Source: Candidatus Iainarchaeum sp. (GTDB lineage: Archaea; Iainarchaeota; Iainarchaeia; Iainarchaeales; JAFCCJ01). Taken from it: a DNA stretch of 32,054 nt. The stretch spans positions 1 through 32,054 of the forward strand of contig JBDRHK010000019.1 of the NCBI GenBank assembly GCA_043816965.1, given 5' to 3'. The notes beneath the pieces are model-generated. The model ran no database searches, was not told the origin of the DNA, and saw only the letters and a list, made by a program, of their open reading frames with translations. This document shows, piece after piece, positions 6,861 to 16,058 of the stretch (position 1 is the first letter of the stretch; every line of letters begins with the position of its first letter). The translations under genes were made by a program, and so were the position numbers.

Positions 6861-9800
6861 ATGCCAAAAAATGGAACTATAAAAAAGGTAATGGGCGACG
6901 ATTCCGACATATTTGATGAGCTGTTGGGCAAAAAGCCGAAAAGGGGCAATCCTAAGGAAACGGAGCCTGAGGATGAGGAATATATAGAGGAAAATGAGTC
7001 TGAGGAGGACTCTGATAAAGAAGAGATGGAAGAAGATTCTGAAGAGGAGAGTGAAGAGGAGGAATCTGAGGAGAAAGATTCTGATGAAAGCGAGGATGAA
7101 AAAGATGAGGCAGAGATAGAGAAGGAAGAACCAGAAAAAGAGGAATCCGAAGAAGAAGATGAACCAGAGAAAGAAGAGCCTAAGGGGGATGAAGAAGAGG
7201 AATCTGATGAAGAATCAGGAGAGGATGAGGAAGAAGAATCCGAGGAAGATGAAGAGGGCGAAGACGAGGAAGGGGAAGATTCAGGGGACGAGGAAGAATC
7301 AGATGATGACAAGGCTGAAGATGAAGAGGAAAAGCCCTCTAAAGAAAAAATAAAGGAAACTATTTTTGAAAAATCAAAGCTGGCGAGTGAGGGGGACAAA
7401 ACTGTTGAACCTGTCAGCGGGGTTGCGCTTAATTTTCTTGAGGATCCGGACAATGGGAATGTTTTTATCGGGAGGAAGAAAAATATTTATAAAAAATACG
7501 GCTATGAGGCTGCGCTCCATGTTGGAAGGGTAAGGGAAGCTGAGCATAAGGATTCAAATGTTTTTCTGGATGGCCTGAACCCGCATGTTGTTTTTGTTTG
7601 TGGAGCTCGTGGATCTGGAAAATCTTATGTTCTTGGTGTTATGGCTGAGGAGCTTGCACTGAAGAACAAGAATGTAGGGGTTGTTGTTATTGACCCTATC
7701 GGGGTTTTCTGGAGCATGAAATTCCCCAACAGGGAAGAGAAGGAGCTGGATGCACTTACTGACTGGGGGATAATGCCACAGGGTTTGGACAATTTGAAAG
7801 TTTTCGTTCCTGATGGTGTGAGAAAAGAGGTTCCGAAATCCACATATGATGCCGGTTTTTCGCTGCTCCCTTCAATGCTGACAGGGGAAGATTGGTGCCT
7901 TACATTCGGGATTGACAGATTTGGGGTAACAGGCTTATTGCTGGACAGGATGCTGAAAAAGGTTGAGGACGGCTACAAGCAGACCGACACCAACAAGAAA
8001 GTAAAGGGGAAGAACAAGAATTATTCTGTCGGAGATATGGTGGAGTGTTTGGAGACAGATGCAGAACTGAATTCCAGGGAGCATGGCTACAAGCAGGATT
8101 CCATAAGGGCATTGGTAAGCAGGTTTGAGGCCGCAAAAACCTGGGGGATTTTTTCGGATAAGGGGACTCCGCTGAGTGAACTTTCGAGAGAGGGGCAATT
8201 GACGATTCTGGACACATCATTCCTTGAGGACAACGTAACCGCACTGGTTATAGGAATTCTCGCAAGGAGGGCACTGACCGCAAGGAAGATTAGCACAAGA
8301 AAGGAGGCATCCAACAAATTCAAGGCATTGGATGTTAAGCAGCTTCTTGAGCTTGAGATTCCCCCGACTTGGATAATTATTGATGAGGCACATACCCTGA
8401 TTCCCGGGGGAAATGAAAAAACCCCTGCCACAAATGCCCTGGTCGAATATGTGAAACAGGGGAGAAGGCCTGGATGCAGCCTGGTGTTTGCGACACAGCA
8501 GCCCTCCGCAATAAACACAAAAGTCCTGAGCCAGATTGATGTCATTATTTCCCATAAGCTTGTTTTCGACGATGATATCAAGGCGGTTTACAAAAGGACA
8601 CCCACAATTATTCCCTCAAAATACAAGAAGGCGACATTTATCAAAACCCTGCCTGTCGGGGTTGCGCTTGTCGGGGACAGGCGAGAAGAAACAAGCAGGG
8701 CATTTATAATGAAAATCAGGCCAAGGATGTCCCAGCATGAGGGCAGGGATGCCGAAACAACAGAGAGGTCACAGGGCCTTAGCGATGAGCAGGTCAAGAA
8801 ACTTGCAACCGAAATGATTTACAAGGACCTTATGGGTGAGGGGGAAATTGATTTGGAAACTGCCGAACAGGCGGTGGAAACCCTCAACAGGAAATACAGG
8901 TCAAAGGTCTCGTTTAACGATGTGACTGACCTGCTGAAGAAGAAAGAGGTTATTGTGGGCGAAGATTCATTAATGATTCCGGGGACAAAGCATGATGAGG
9001 AACTGGTTGATGAATTAACTGGCGGGGAAGAGGAAGAGGACGGTGAGGAGGAGGAAGAATCTGACCATGAAGAGAAGGAAGATGAGAAAGAGGAAGAAGA
9101 GGCCAGTGAGGAGGTAGAGGATGAAGAAACAACCGAACTGTTGGCCCTCCCGCAGAGAATTGTTGAGGAAAGGGCAAAAAAGATTTTGAACGGAATCAGG
9201 AAGAAGAAATTCCTCGGGCTTATTGGGGAGGAAGAGGAAATTGCAAATCTCCAATTGAAATATGCGACAATCTGGAGGGTCAGGTATGATGTTTTCAACC
9301 GCAAGAATGAATTCCTGAGAAGGGAGGCATTTATCAATTCACTCACAGGGGAATTCCTGCATATGAAGGATGGGAAATTTGAGGAATCGAAAGGTTTGTC
9401 AAATTTGATGGGTTTGGGAAAGGAAGAAGTTATAGTTTTCAAGGAACTGGTTAGGCAGCAATTGCTGGTGGATGAACTGATGAACAAAACCAATCTTAGC
9501 GAGGGAAGGGTCAGGAGAATATTGAACAAATTAATTGAACGCGGGCTGGTGAAAAAACTGGTTGAGAAAAAATCAGGAAAGGTTTTCTACACAACCAAGG
9601 ATGATTTGGACCTTCCGCCCAATGAAAGGACTGATTTGCTGCAATCATTGAACAAACTTCCTTTTGTCAAATCAGATGTCCTTGCAAAGGAAAAGGAGGA
9701 GTTCGAGAAAAACGATGTTATTGAACTCCTGCAGAAATTATGGGGAAATGTTGTGGTGAAGGAAGTTGATGCGTTATACAGGCCGCTTTGGATTGCCAAT

Positions 9801-9869
9801 CTCACAATGAAGGACAGGGAACGGATAATTACAATTGATGGTTTAACAGGGGCAGTACTTTCATCGTGA
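6861..9869 (+). CDS. HerA/FtsK-superfamily ATPase with long acidic regions and C-terminal wHTH-like segment
   Basis: Walker A GARGSGKS (7602-7625), VIDPIG, Walker B WIIIDEAH, and GRRPGCSLVFATQQPS (Arg finger plus ATQ motif). Confidence 0.85.
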   Translation: MPKNGTIKKVMGDDSDIFDELLGKKPKRGNPKETEPEDEEYIEENESEEDSDKEEMEEDSEEESEEEESEEKDSDESEDEKDEAEIEKEEPEKEESEEEDEPEKEEPKGDEEEESDEESGEDEEEESEEDEEGEDEEGEDSGDEEESDDDKAEDEEEKPSKEKIKETIFEKSKLASEGDKTVEPVSGVALNFLEDPDNGNVFIGRKKNIYKKYGYEAALHVGRVREAEHKDSNVFLDGLNPHVVFVCGARGSGKSYVLGVMAEELALKNKNVGVVVIDPIGVFWSMKFPNREEKELDALTDWGIMPQGLDNLKVFVPDGVRKEVPKSTYDAGFSLLPSMLTGEDWCLTFGIDRFGVTGLLLDRMLKKVEDGYKQTDTNKKVKGKNKNYSVGDMVECLETDAELNSREHGYKQDSIRALVSRFEAAKTWGIFSDKGTPLSELSREGQLTILDTSFLEDNVTALVIGILARRALTARKISTRKEASNKFKALDVKQLLELEIPPTWIIIDEAHTLIPGGNEKTPATNALVEYVKQGRRPGCSLVFATQQPSAINTKVLSQIDVIISHKLVFDDDIKAVYKRTPTIIPSKYKKATFIKTLPVGVALVGDRREETSRAFIMKIRPRMSQHEGRDAETTERSQGLSDEQVKKLATEMIYKDLMGEGEIDLETAEQAVETLNRKYRSKVSFNDVTDLLKKKEVIVGEDSLMIPGTKHDEELVDELTGGEEEEDGEEEEESDHEEKEDEKEEEEASEEVEDEETTELLALPQRIVEERAKKILNGIRKKKFLGLIGEEEEIANLQLKYATIWRVRYDVFNRKNEFLRREAFINSLTGEFLHMKDGKFEESKGLSNLMGLGKEEVIVFKELVRQQLLVDELMNKTNLSEGRVRRILNKLIERGLVKKLVEKKSGKVFYTTKDDLDLPPNERTDLLQSLNKLPFVKSDVLAKEKEEFEKNDVIELLQKLWGNVVVKEVDALYRPLWIANLTMKDRERIITIDGLTGAVLSS

Positions 9870-9871
9870 AA

Positions 9872-10492
9872 TTATTTAACAAATTCTCCAGGGCTTGTTT
9901 TAGAATTAGGTGCAATTATTTTCCCGCAATTGACTGAAGTGTTTATCCCGAGTTTGGAATTGTTTCCGATTAATGCCCCCAGTTTTCTTCTCCCTGAATC
10001 AATTTTCTTTCCTTGCACAGAAACCTTAATGTTTCCACCATCATGCCTCAAATTGGCGATTTTTGTCCCTGCCCCCAAATTCACATCCTTCCCAATCAGG
10101 GAATCACCAACATATGAAAAATGGGGGATTTTGGATCCCTTAAGTATTATTGAATTTTTGATTTCAGAATTTGCTATATGTGCCTCGCATGCAATTAAAA
10201 CAGTCCCCCGCAAATAGGCATTTGGGCCAATAACACAATCAGCCCCTATGTAAGCATCCCCCTCAATATATGTCCCGGATTTTATGGCGGAATTCTTCCC
10301 CAAAAATAGTTTTCCCTTTACAACAACATTCTCCTCAATTTCGCCAACCCTTTCATCAGTAATCTTTTCTTTCAGTTCATCCAGTTCGTCAATAAATTTC
10401 CAGAATTCGAATTCCTTCCCCCCATCCAGATTATTCCCGACTTCATCGAAAAAATCAACTATTGATTTTATTCTTTCCTTAATGTCAGGCAT
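9872..10492 (-). CDS. Sugar-1-phosphate N-acetyltransferase (left-handed beta-helix half of archaeal GlmU)
   Basis: Hexapeptide repeats; IGPNAYLR, SEIKNSII, PHFSYVGDS, NLGAGTKIANLRHD, GRRKLGALIG; no nucleotidyltransferase domain; third gene of the glm operon. Confidence 0.85.
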   Translation of the reverse strand: MPDIKERIKSIVDFFDEVGNNLDGGKEFEFWKFIDELDELKEKITDERVGEIEENVVVKGKLFLGKNSAIKSGTYIEGDAYIGADCVIGPNAYLRGTVLIACEAHIANSEIKNSIILKGSKIPHFSYVGDSLIGKDVNLGAGTKIANLRHDGGNIKVSVQGKKIDSGRRKLGALIGNNSKLGINTSVNCGKIIAPNSKTSPGEFVK

Positions 10493-11848
10493 CTACTCAC
10501 CTACCTCTTTCTTAATCTCTGCCGCAATTTCATTTGCCATTGAAGTAATTTCCTTTTGATCCTTTCCCTCAATCATTACCCTTGCCAAATTTTCAGTTCC
10601 CGAATATCTCAACAAAAGCCTTCCATTGCTTTTCAGTTTCTTCTCAACCTCGGCGACCTTTTTCTGCACATTTTTCATTTTTGAAAAATCCCTCTTTTCC
10701 TTAACCCTGACATTAACCAAAATCTGGGGAAATGATTCCATGAAAGAAGCAAGGGCTGAAAGTTTCTTCCCTGATTCACCCATAATTTCCAAAAGATGCA
10801 GTGCAGTTATTATCCCATCACCTGTTGTCGAATGGTGGCCGAAAATTATATGGCCTGACTGTTCTCCTCCAAAACTATAGCCCTCCTTTCTCATTTCTTC
10901 AATAACATACCTGTCCCCGACTGCGGTCTTAACCACTTTAATCCCTTTCTCCTCCATCGCCTTGTCAAAACCTATGTTTGTCATTTGCGTCCCGACAACA
11001 GTGTCCTTTGCCAATGTCTTTTTCCTCTTCATTTCAGCGGCGCAGATTGCCATTATGTGGTCGCCGTCCACTATTTTTCCCTTCTCATCGCAGACAATCA
11101 GCCTGTCACCATCCCCGTCCAATGCAAGGCCAATATCTGCCTTATACTGCTTCACTGTTTTTTGAATAAGTTCAGGATAAGTTGCCCCGCACCTGAAATT
11201 TATGTTCAGGCCATTTGGCTGGTTTGCCTGGACAATTACCTCAGCACCCAATTCCTCCAAAATTCTTGGGGCGATGGAATAGGCGGCACCGTTGGCGCAG
11301 TCCAGGACAACAGTAAGGGAATTAAGCGGCCTGTTATTGACACTGGCCTTAACATACTCAATATACCTTCCCTTTGCCTCATTCACCCTGTATGCTTTTC
11401 CAACCAGTTCCCCCTGAATATGGTCTGAGGAAATATTTTCATCCAATACCTTTTTCTCAATCTTCATTTCAACATCATCGCTCAGCTTATAGCCGTCGCT
11501 GCCGAATATTTTTATTCCATTGTCATTTGCGGGATTGTGAGATGCGGAGAGGACAATTCCTGCATCTGCATTCAAAGATTTAGTGAGATGCGCAACTCCG
11601 GGGGTTGGCATAGGCCCAACCAATAAAACATCTGCCCCCATTGAAACCAATCCAGAGGTCAGGGCAGTTTCCAGCATATAACCTGAAAGGCGAGTGTCTT
11701 TTCCAATAACCACTTTTGTTTTCTTACCGTTCCCGTTTGCGAAAACCTCCGCAATCGCCTTCCCTATCTGGACCGCCATTTCCGCGGTCATTGGGTGCAC
11801 ATTTGCGACCCCCCTTATTCCGTCAGTTCCGAACAATTTCTTTTCCAT
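10493..11848 (-). CDS. glmM: Phosphoglucosamine mutase
   Basis: LFGTDGIRG, GKDTRLSGYMLE, SASHNP (phospho-Ser), DGDGDR, GGEQSGH, RYSGTE. Confidence 0.95.
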   Translation of the reverse strand: MEKKLFGTDGIRGVANVHPMTAEMAVQIGKAIAEVFANGNGKKTKVVIGKDTRLSGYMLETALTSGLVSMGADVLLVGPMPTPGVAHLTKSLNADAGIVLSASHNPANDNGIKIFGSDGYKLSDDVEMKIEKKVLDENISSDHIQGELVGKAYRVNEAKGRYIEYVKASVNNRPLNSLTVVLDCANGAAYSIAPRILEELGAEVIVQANQPNGLNINFRCGATYPELIQKTVKQYKADIGLALDGDGDRLIVCDEKGKIVDGDHIMAICAAEMKRKKTLAKDTVVGTQMTNIGFDKAMEEKGIKVVKTAVGDRYVIEEMRKEGYSFGGEQSGHIIFGHHSTTGDGIITALHLLEIMGESGKKLSALASFMESFPQILVNVRVKEKRDFSKMKNVQKKVAEVEKKLKSNGRLLLRYSGTENLARVMIEGKDQKEITSMANEIAAEIKKEVGE

Positions 11849-11853
11849 AAAAA

Positions 11854-13608
11854 TCACTTCACAGTAACGCTTTTCGCCAGATTCCTTGGCTTGTCAGGGT
11901 CAAGGCCTTTTGCGGTTGCCAAATAGTAAGCTAAAATCTGCACAGGGATTATCATGCAGATTGGGTTTGCATTCCCGCAGTCCGGCACCTCAATAAAGAA
12001 ATCAAACAATTCATTTGGCTTTGAATCAACACCTATAATATAACCGCCCCTGCTTTTGATTTCCATCGCATTCCCCAAAATCAACTGCCTTGTTTCAGGG
12101 GTTGAAATAACCAAGGTAGGGACATTGTCTTCTATCAATGCAATTGTCCCGTGTTTCAGCTCTCCCCCTGGGAAGGCCTCTGCATGGATATATGAGACCT
12201 CCTTTATTTTAAGTGCCGCCTCCATTGCCGTGGGGTAGGCAAGGTCGCGGCCAATAATAAAAAAATCTTTCGCGGATTTTAATTTTTGCGCGAGTTCTTT
12301 CAGCGGCGCGATGTTGGATTCAATCAGTACAGGAATTTTTTCTGCCGCATCCGCAACCAGTTTCTTACCCCCCCCGTTTTTACCCGCAGCCGAATAGGCA
12401 AGCAGGAGCAGAATCGCCAACTGGGAGGTGTAACTTTTGGTGGAAAGGACGCAGATTTCTGGGCCGGCATTCATGTAAACGGTCTCATCACTCAGCCTTG
12501 TGAGTGAGGAACCGACAACATTCACGATTGAAATAACGCCACACTTGTGCTTTTTCGCGAATTTTACGGCATCCAATAAATCAGCGGTTTCACCACTTTG
12601 GGAAACTGCAACAACCAATGTTTTGTCAGTGAGGAAATTCTCATAGTTGCGGAATTCCGAAGCAATCACAACATTCACATGCTTTTTCGCAACCTTTGCA
12701 AACACATAGGAGGCGGAAACACATGAGTGGTAGGAGGTTCCGCAGCCTACAAAGAAAACACCGAAAGCGGCGTTCATTTTCGCCGCAACATTCTCAATCA
12801 GTTCCGGGCTTTGCTCAATCGCCCTTTTAACAGTAAACTTCTGCTCCTCAACCTCCTTCATCATGAAATGCTCGTAATTTCCCTTCTCTGCCTGGTCAAT
12901 GCTCAGTTCAACCTTAACTGCTTTCTTTTCAATCTCCGTTCCATTATTCAAATCAAAAAACTTCATTTCCTCTTTTCCCAAAACTGCCATCTCATAATCA
13001 TCAAGGTAAACAACATTATTGGTGTGCTCCAAAAATGCGGGAACATCTGATGCAAGGTATTTGGAACTTTCCCCAATCCCGACAACAAGCGGTGAGCCAT
13101 TTCTCGCGCCAACCATTTCATCACTTTCGGAATTAATTGCAACAATCGCATAGCTCCCCTCAATTTCCCCCAATGCTTTCATTACTGAATCAGAAAAATT
13201 ATTTCCCTCTTTTATGTGAATCTGAATAAGATTCGGGATTATTTCTGAATCAGTTTCGGAAAGGAATTTGAAGCCTTTTGCGGAGAGGGACTTTCTCAGT
13301 TCCTGGTAGTTTTCAACAATTCCATTATGGACAACCGCAATTTTCCCGTCATTGGAAATATGGGGGTGGGCGTTTTCCTTTGTGACTTTCCCATGGGTGG
13401 CCCATCTTGTGTGGCCTAAGGCAATATCTGAGGTAATTTTTGGCGGGGTTGCGGAGCCGATTTTCCCGACCTCTTTTATAACCTTAATAGATTTCCCTGT
13501 GCGGATGGCTATCCCATAGCTGTCATAGCCCCTGTATTCCAAACGCCTGAGGCCGTTGAACACCTGTTCAACTGAATTTTCAGAAATCGCGCCTATAATT
13601 CCGCACAT
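11854..13608 (-). CDS. glmS: Glutamine-fructose-6-phosphate aminotransferase
   Basis: MCGI N-terminus, LEYRGYDS, GHTRWATHG, SQSGETAD, ELKHG, PRNLAKSVTV. Confidence 0.97.
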   Translation of the reverse strand: MCGIIGAISENSVEQVFNGLRRLEYRGYDSYGIAIRTGKSIKVIKEVGKIGSATPPKITSDIALGHTRWATHGKVTKENAHPHISNDGKIAVVHNGIVENYQELRKSLSAKGFKFLSETDSEIIPNLIQIHIKEGNNFSDSVMKALGEIEGSYAIVAINSESDEMVGARNGSPLVVGIGESSKYLASDVPAFLEHTNNVVYLDDYEMAVLGKEEMKFFDLNNGTEIEKKAVKVELSIDQAEKGNYEHFMMKEVEEQKFTVKRAIEQSPELIENVAAKMNAAFGVFFVGCGTSYHSCVSASYVFAKVAKKHVNVVIASEFRNYENFLTDKTLVVAVSQSGETADLLDAVKFAKKHKCGVISIVNVVGSSLTRLSDETVYMNAGPEICVLSTKSYTSQLAILLLLAYSAAGKNGGGKKLVADAAEKIPVLIESNIAPLKELAQKLKSAKDFFIIGRDLAYPTAMEAALKIKEVSYIHAEAFPGGELKHGTIALIEDNVPTLVISTPETRQLILGNAMEIKSRGGYIIGVDSKPNELFDFFIEVPDCGNANPICMIIPVQILAYYLATAKGLDPDKPRNLAKSVTVK

Positions 13609-13767
13609 GCTAGATTACTTTGTCCGAAATAAGGTATTTAAAGGCATTTAGAAGAGAATTGCACCAAAAGCTATTAAAAGGGCGGAAGGTAAGTAATTCC
13701 CGTTGGAAGTGTGAAATTGGGGCCAAATACCCCCATTTGAAAAACCTTTCCCCCATTCTTAGCTTTT

Positions 13768-14406
13768 ATGAAAGTGCTATCACTTATTTCAGGGGGGATT
13801 GACAGCCCTGTTGCGTCAGCCCTTGCGTTGGAGCAGGGAGCAGAGGTTGAATTCATCCATTTCGACAATATGCCATTCAGCGATGGCAGGGCGCTGGAAA
13901 AGGTTAGGCAGATATTGGAATTACTTTCCAAAGAATTTAACAGGAAATTTAACTTATACATAATTCCACATGGGGAAATCCAAAAAGAGATTCTGAAGCT
14001 TGTTGAAAGGAAATACACCTGCGTTATTTGCAGGAGGGAAATGTTCAGGGCTTCGGAAATTGTCGCAAAGGAAATAGGGGCAGATGCCCTTTTAACCGGA
14101 GAAAGTATGGGCCAGGTGGCATCACAAACCCTGCACAATTTAAGGGCGGAATTCGGCGTAAACTCACTCCCAGTCCTTCGCCCGCTCCTGGGAATGGACA
14201 AACTGGAAATTGAGGCCCTGGCAAAGAAATATAAATCATTTGAGCTCTCTATCATGCCAGGAATGTGCTGCAGTCTGGTTCCGGACAGGCCGGCCACAAA
14301 GGCAAGGGTGGAACAAATTTGCCAGGAAGAAATGAAATTTGACGCACTTGCACTGGCAAAGGAAGCGTCTAGGAAAAAGAAGGTTGAGACAATTGGAGCT
14401 AAGTGA
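13768..14406 (+). CDS. thiI: ThiI-like PP-loop thiolase (catalytic domain only, no THUMP)
   Basis: LISGGIDSPVA PP-loop, CVICRR, TGESMGQVASQTLHNL, LRPLLGMDKLEI, CC motif. Confidence 0.8.
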   Translation: MKVLSLISGGIDSPVASALALEQGAEVEFIHFDNMPFSDGRALEKVRQILELLSKEFNRKFNLYIIPHGEIQKEILKLVERKYTCVICRREMFRASEIVAKEIGADALLTGESMGQVASQTLHNLRAEFGVNSLPVLRPLLGMDKLEIEALAKKYKSFELSIMPGMCCSLVPDRPATKARVEQICQEEMKFDALALAKEASRKKKVETIGAK

Positions 14407-14671
14407 TTATACTGGAAAGCCCTGCAGGAGCAGGCAGGCATATGAATTCATACCTAAAAGGAAGCATTCCCTTGATTTGGAAAAATCAGCAAAACTACTA
14501 AAATCGGAAGATGTTTATCTCGAGGTTGTGAGCCCTTATTTGCTTATGTTGAACCTTGATGGAACAAGCCTGAGCCTTTTTAAAAGCGGGAAGATAATAG
14601 TAAAGGAAACAAAGGATGCTGAAAAGGCAAGGAAAATCGCGGAAAAGCTTGTCAGCCGCTTAATTAACTAA
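14393..14671 (+). CDS. Small hypothetical protein (92 aa) overlapping the thiI 3' end
   Basis: In-frame TTG at 14393 after a purine-rich RBS-like sequence. KPC...SLFKSGKIIVKETKDAEKARKIA resembles the small domain found C-terminal in some ThiF/MoeB proteins. Confidence 0.6.
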   Translation: MELSDYTGKPCRSRQAYEFIPKRKHSLDLEKSAKLLKSEDVYLEVVSPYLLMLNLDGTSLSLFKSGKIIVKETKDAEKARKIAEKLVSRLIN

Positions 14672-14766
14672 AATCAGGAAATCGCCCTCTCGAAACCTTT
14701 ATATAGCAGAATCGGCTATTTCTATACATCTTTTTATCACATGAAACTTGAAAGGAGGTAAAATCT

Positions 14767-15264
14767 ATGGATATAGGAAAGATGTTTAAAAGCAGCATGA
14801 TGATTGCAGCAATTATTGCAATTGTCTGGAGCATAATTTCAAACATAATTAGCATAGGCATCATAGTTATGTTTGCCGTACCAACCCTAGAAATGGCATT
14901 TATAATGTTGTTAGTTGGACTGGTGCTCCTTGCAATAGCCCTGCTAATTCCTTTGGTATTGGGTTTCATTGCTGCCGGCAAATATGCCGCAGGAAGCAAA
15001 ATCGATATTTTGGATGGAGCTATCACAGGAATCGTAGCTTCGGTGACATATACGGTTGTTTCAGCAATTGTTGGGATAGTTTTCCTCTTCATAAATCTCC
15101 TGTTAGGGATAGGGGATTATGGGGCATCGGTGGCTGAGTTGGGCCTTGTGCTGGCTATTGTCGCATCAGTAATAGGGCTGATAATCGGAGTCGTGATAAG
15201 CCTTGTATTAAACGCCATTGCAGCAGCAATCGGCGGGGCAATAAAGGCACTTCTTTCAAAGTAA
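14767..15264 (+). CDS. Multi-pass membrane protein
   Basis: About four long hydrophobic segments; GGAGGT RBS upstream. Confidence 0.8.
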   Translation: MDIGKMFKSSMMIAAIIAIVWSIISNIISIGIIVMFAVPTLEMAFIMLLVGLVLLAIALLIPLVLGFIAAGKYAAGSKIDILDGAITGIVASVTYTVVSAIVGIVFLFINLLLGIGDYGASVAELGLVLAIVASVIGLIIGVVISLVLNAIAAAIGGAIKALLSK

Positions 15265-15299
15265 AGGGTTCAGTGAACCCTTTCTTTTTTTTCTTTTTT
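15263..15299 (+). terminator. Hairpin plus T-tract terminator
   Basis: AAAGGGTTC-AGT-GAACCCTTT followed by a T-rich run. Confidence 0.7.
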
Positions 15300-15341
15300 G
15301 CATAATTTTTTATATTCATAAGTGCAAATTATATAGGGTTA

Positions 15342-15779
15342 ATGGAAATGGAACTTACAAAAGATGGGAAAATCAAGGATAGTAAAACCGGGGCAGGCGG
15401 AAAGGGCAGCGACGAAAGCAAATTAATTGCGGCAATCGCATATCTCGGGGTTCTTCTAACAAACGTTACCTTGGTACTTATAATAATTCCAATACTTACC
15501 CTCCTGCTGAAAGGGGAGGACAAATTTGTTAAATTCCATTCGATTCAGGCAATCGGGCTTATTGTGGCTGAAATTGTAATAGGGATAATTCTTTTTATAA
15601 TTGCAATTCCTGTTGTTTTGCTGACTTTAGGCTTAGGGCTTATAATTGTGGCCCCGGTTTTCATAATTGTATGGCTTTTCTTCATCATAGCACCAATCTA
15701 TCTCGCTTACAAAGCATATCAGGGCGAAATGTACAAACTCCCCTACATTGGGGATTTTGCCGAAAAGCACGCCAAATAG
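15342..15779 (+). CDS. DUF4870/Tic20-like membrane protein
   Basis: IAAIAYL...DKFVKFHSIQAI...YKAYQGEMYKLPYIGDFAEK. Confidence 0.8.
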   Translation: MEMELTKDGKIKDSKTGAGGKGSDESKLIAAIAYLGVLLTNVTLVLIIIPILTLLLKGEDKFVKFHSIQAIGLIVAEIVIGIILFIIAIPVVLLTLGLGLIIVAPVFIIVWLFFIIAPIYLAYKAYQGEMYKLPYIGDFAEKHAK

Positions 15780-15914
15780 GAAGCGAAACAAATAAATTGA
15801 TTCAGCCGCTAATTTTAGTTAAAGCAAGCGCAGCCAATATATTAGTTGGCGAGCGTAGCGAGCCAGAGCCATCCCTAAAAGGGATGGGTCATCGTGTCAA
15901 CTGCGATAGCAGTT

Positions 15915-15996
15915 GCGGGGATCGGATAATGGCATTCCACCAGCCTCGAAAGCTGGCGTCCGCAAGGACTTGGGGGTTCGACTCCCTCTCCCCGCG
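15915..15996 (+). tRNA. tRNA-Ser (anticodon CGA), intronless, CCA not encoded
   Basis: Acceptor GCGGGGA/TCCCCGC, D-stem GGA/TCC, anticodon arm CCAGC-CTCGAAA-GCTGG, long variable arm GTCC-GCAA-GGAC, T-arm GGGGG-TTCGACT-CCCTC, discriminator G. Confidence 0.92.
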
Positions 15997-16058
15997 CATG
16001 TTACTCTTTTTATTGTGATACACATAGTTTTATAAACACTTTTGAGTAACATAAATTT

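Noticed and set aside
6854..7453. Ser-rich minus-strand ORF, and similar antisense ORFs over the ATPase, his genes and smc
   Set aside because: These are shadow frames of Glu/Lys-rich genes on the opposite strand.
15671..16018. 115-aa ORF spanning the tRNA
   Set aside because: It overlaps a well-formed tRNA and the DUF4870 gene; no protein features.
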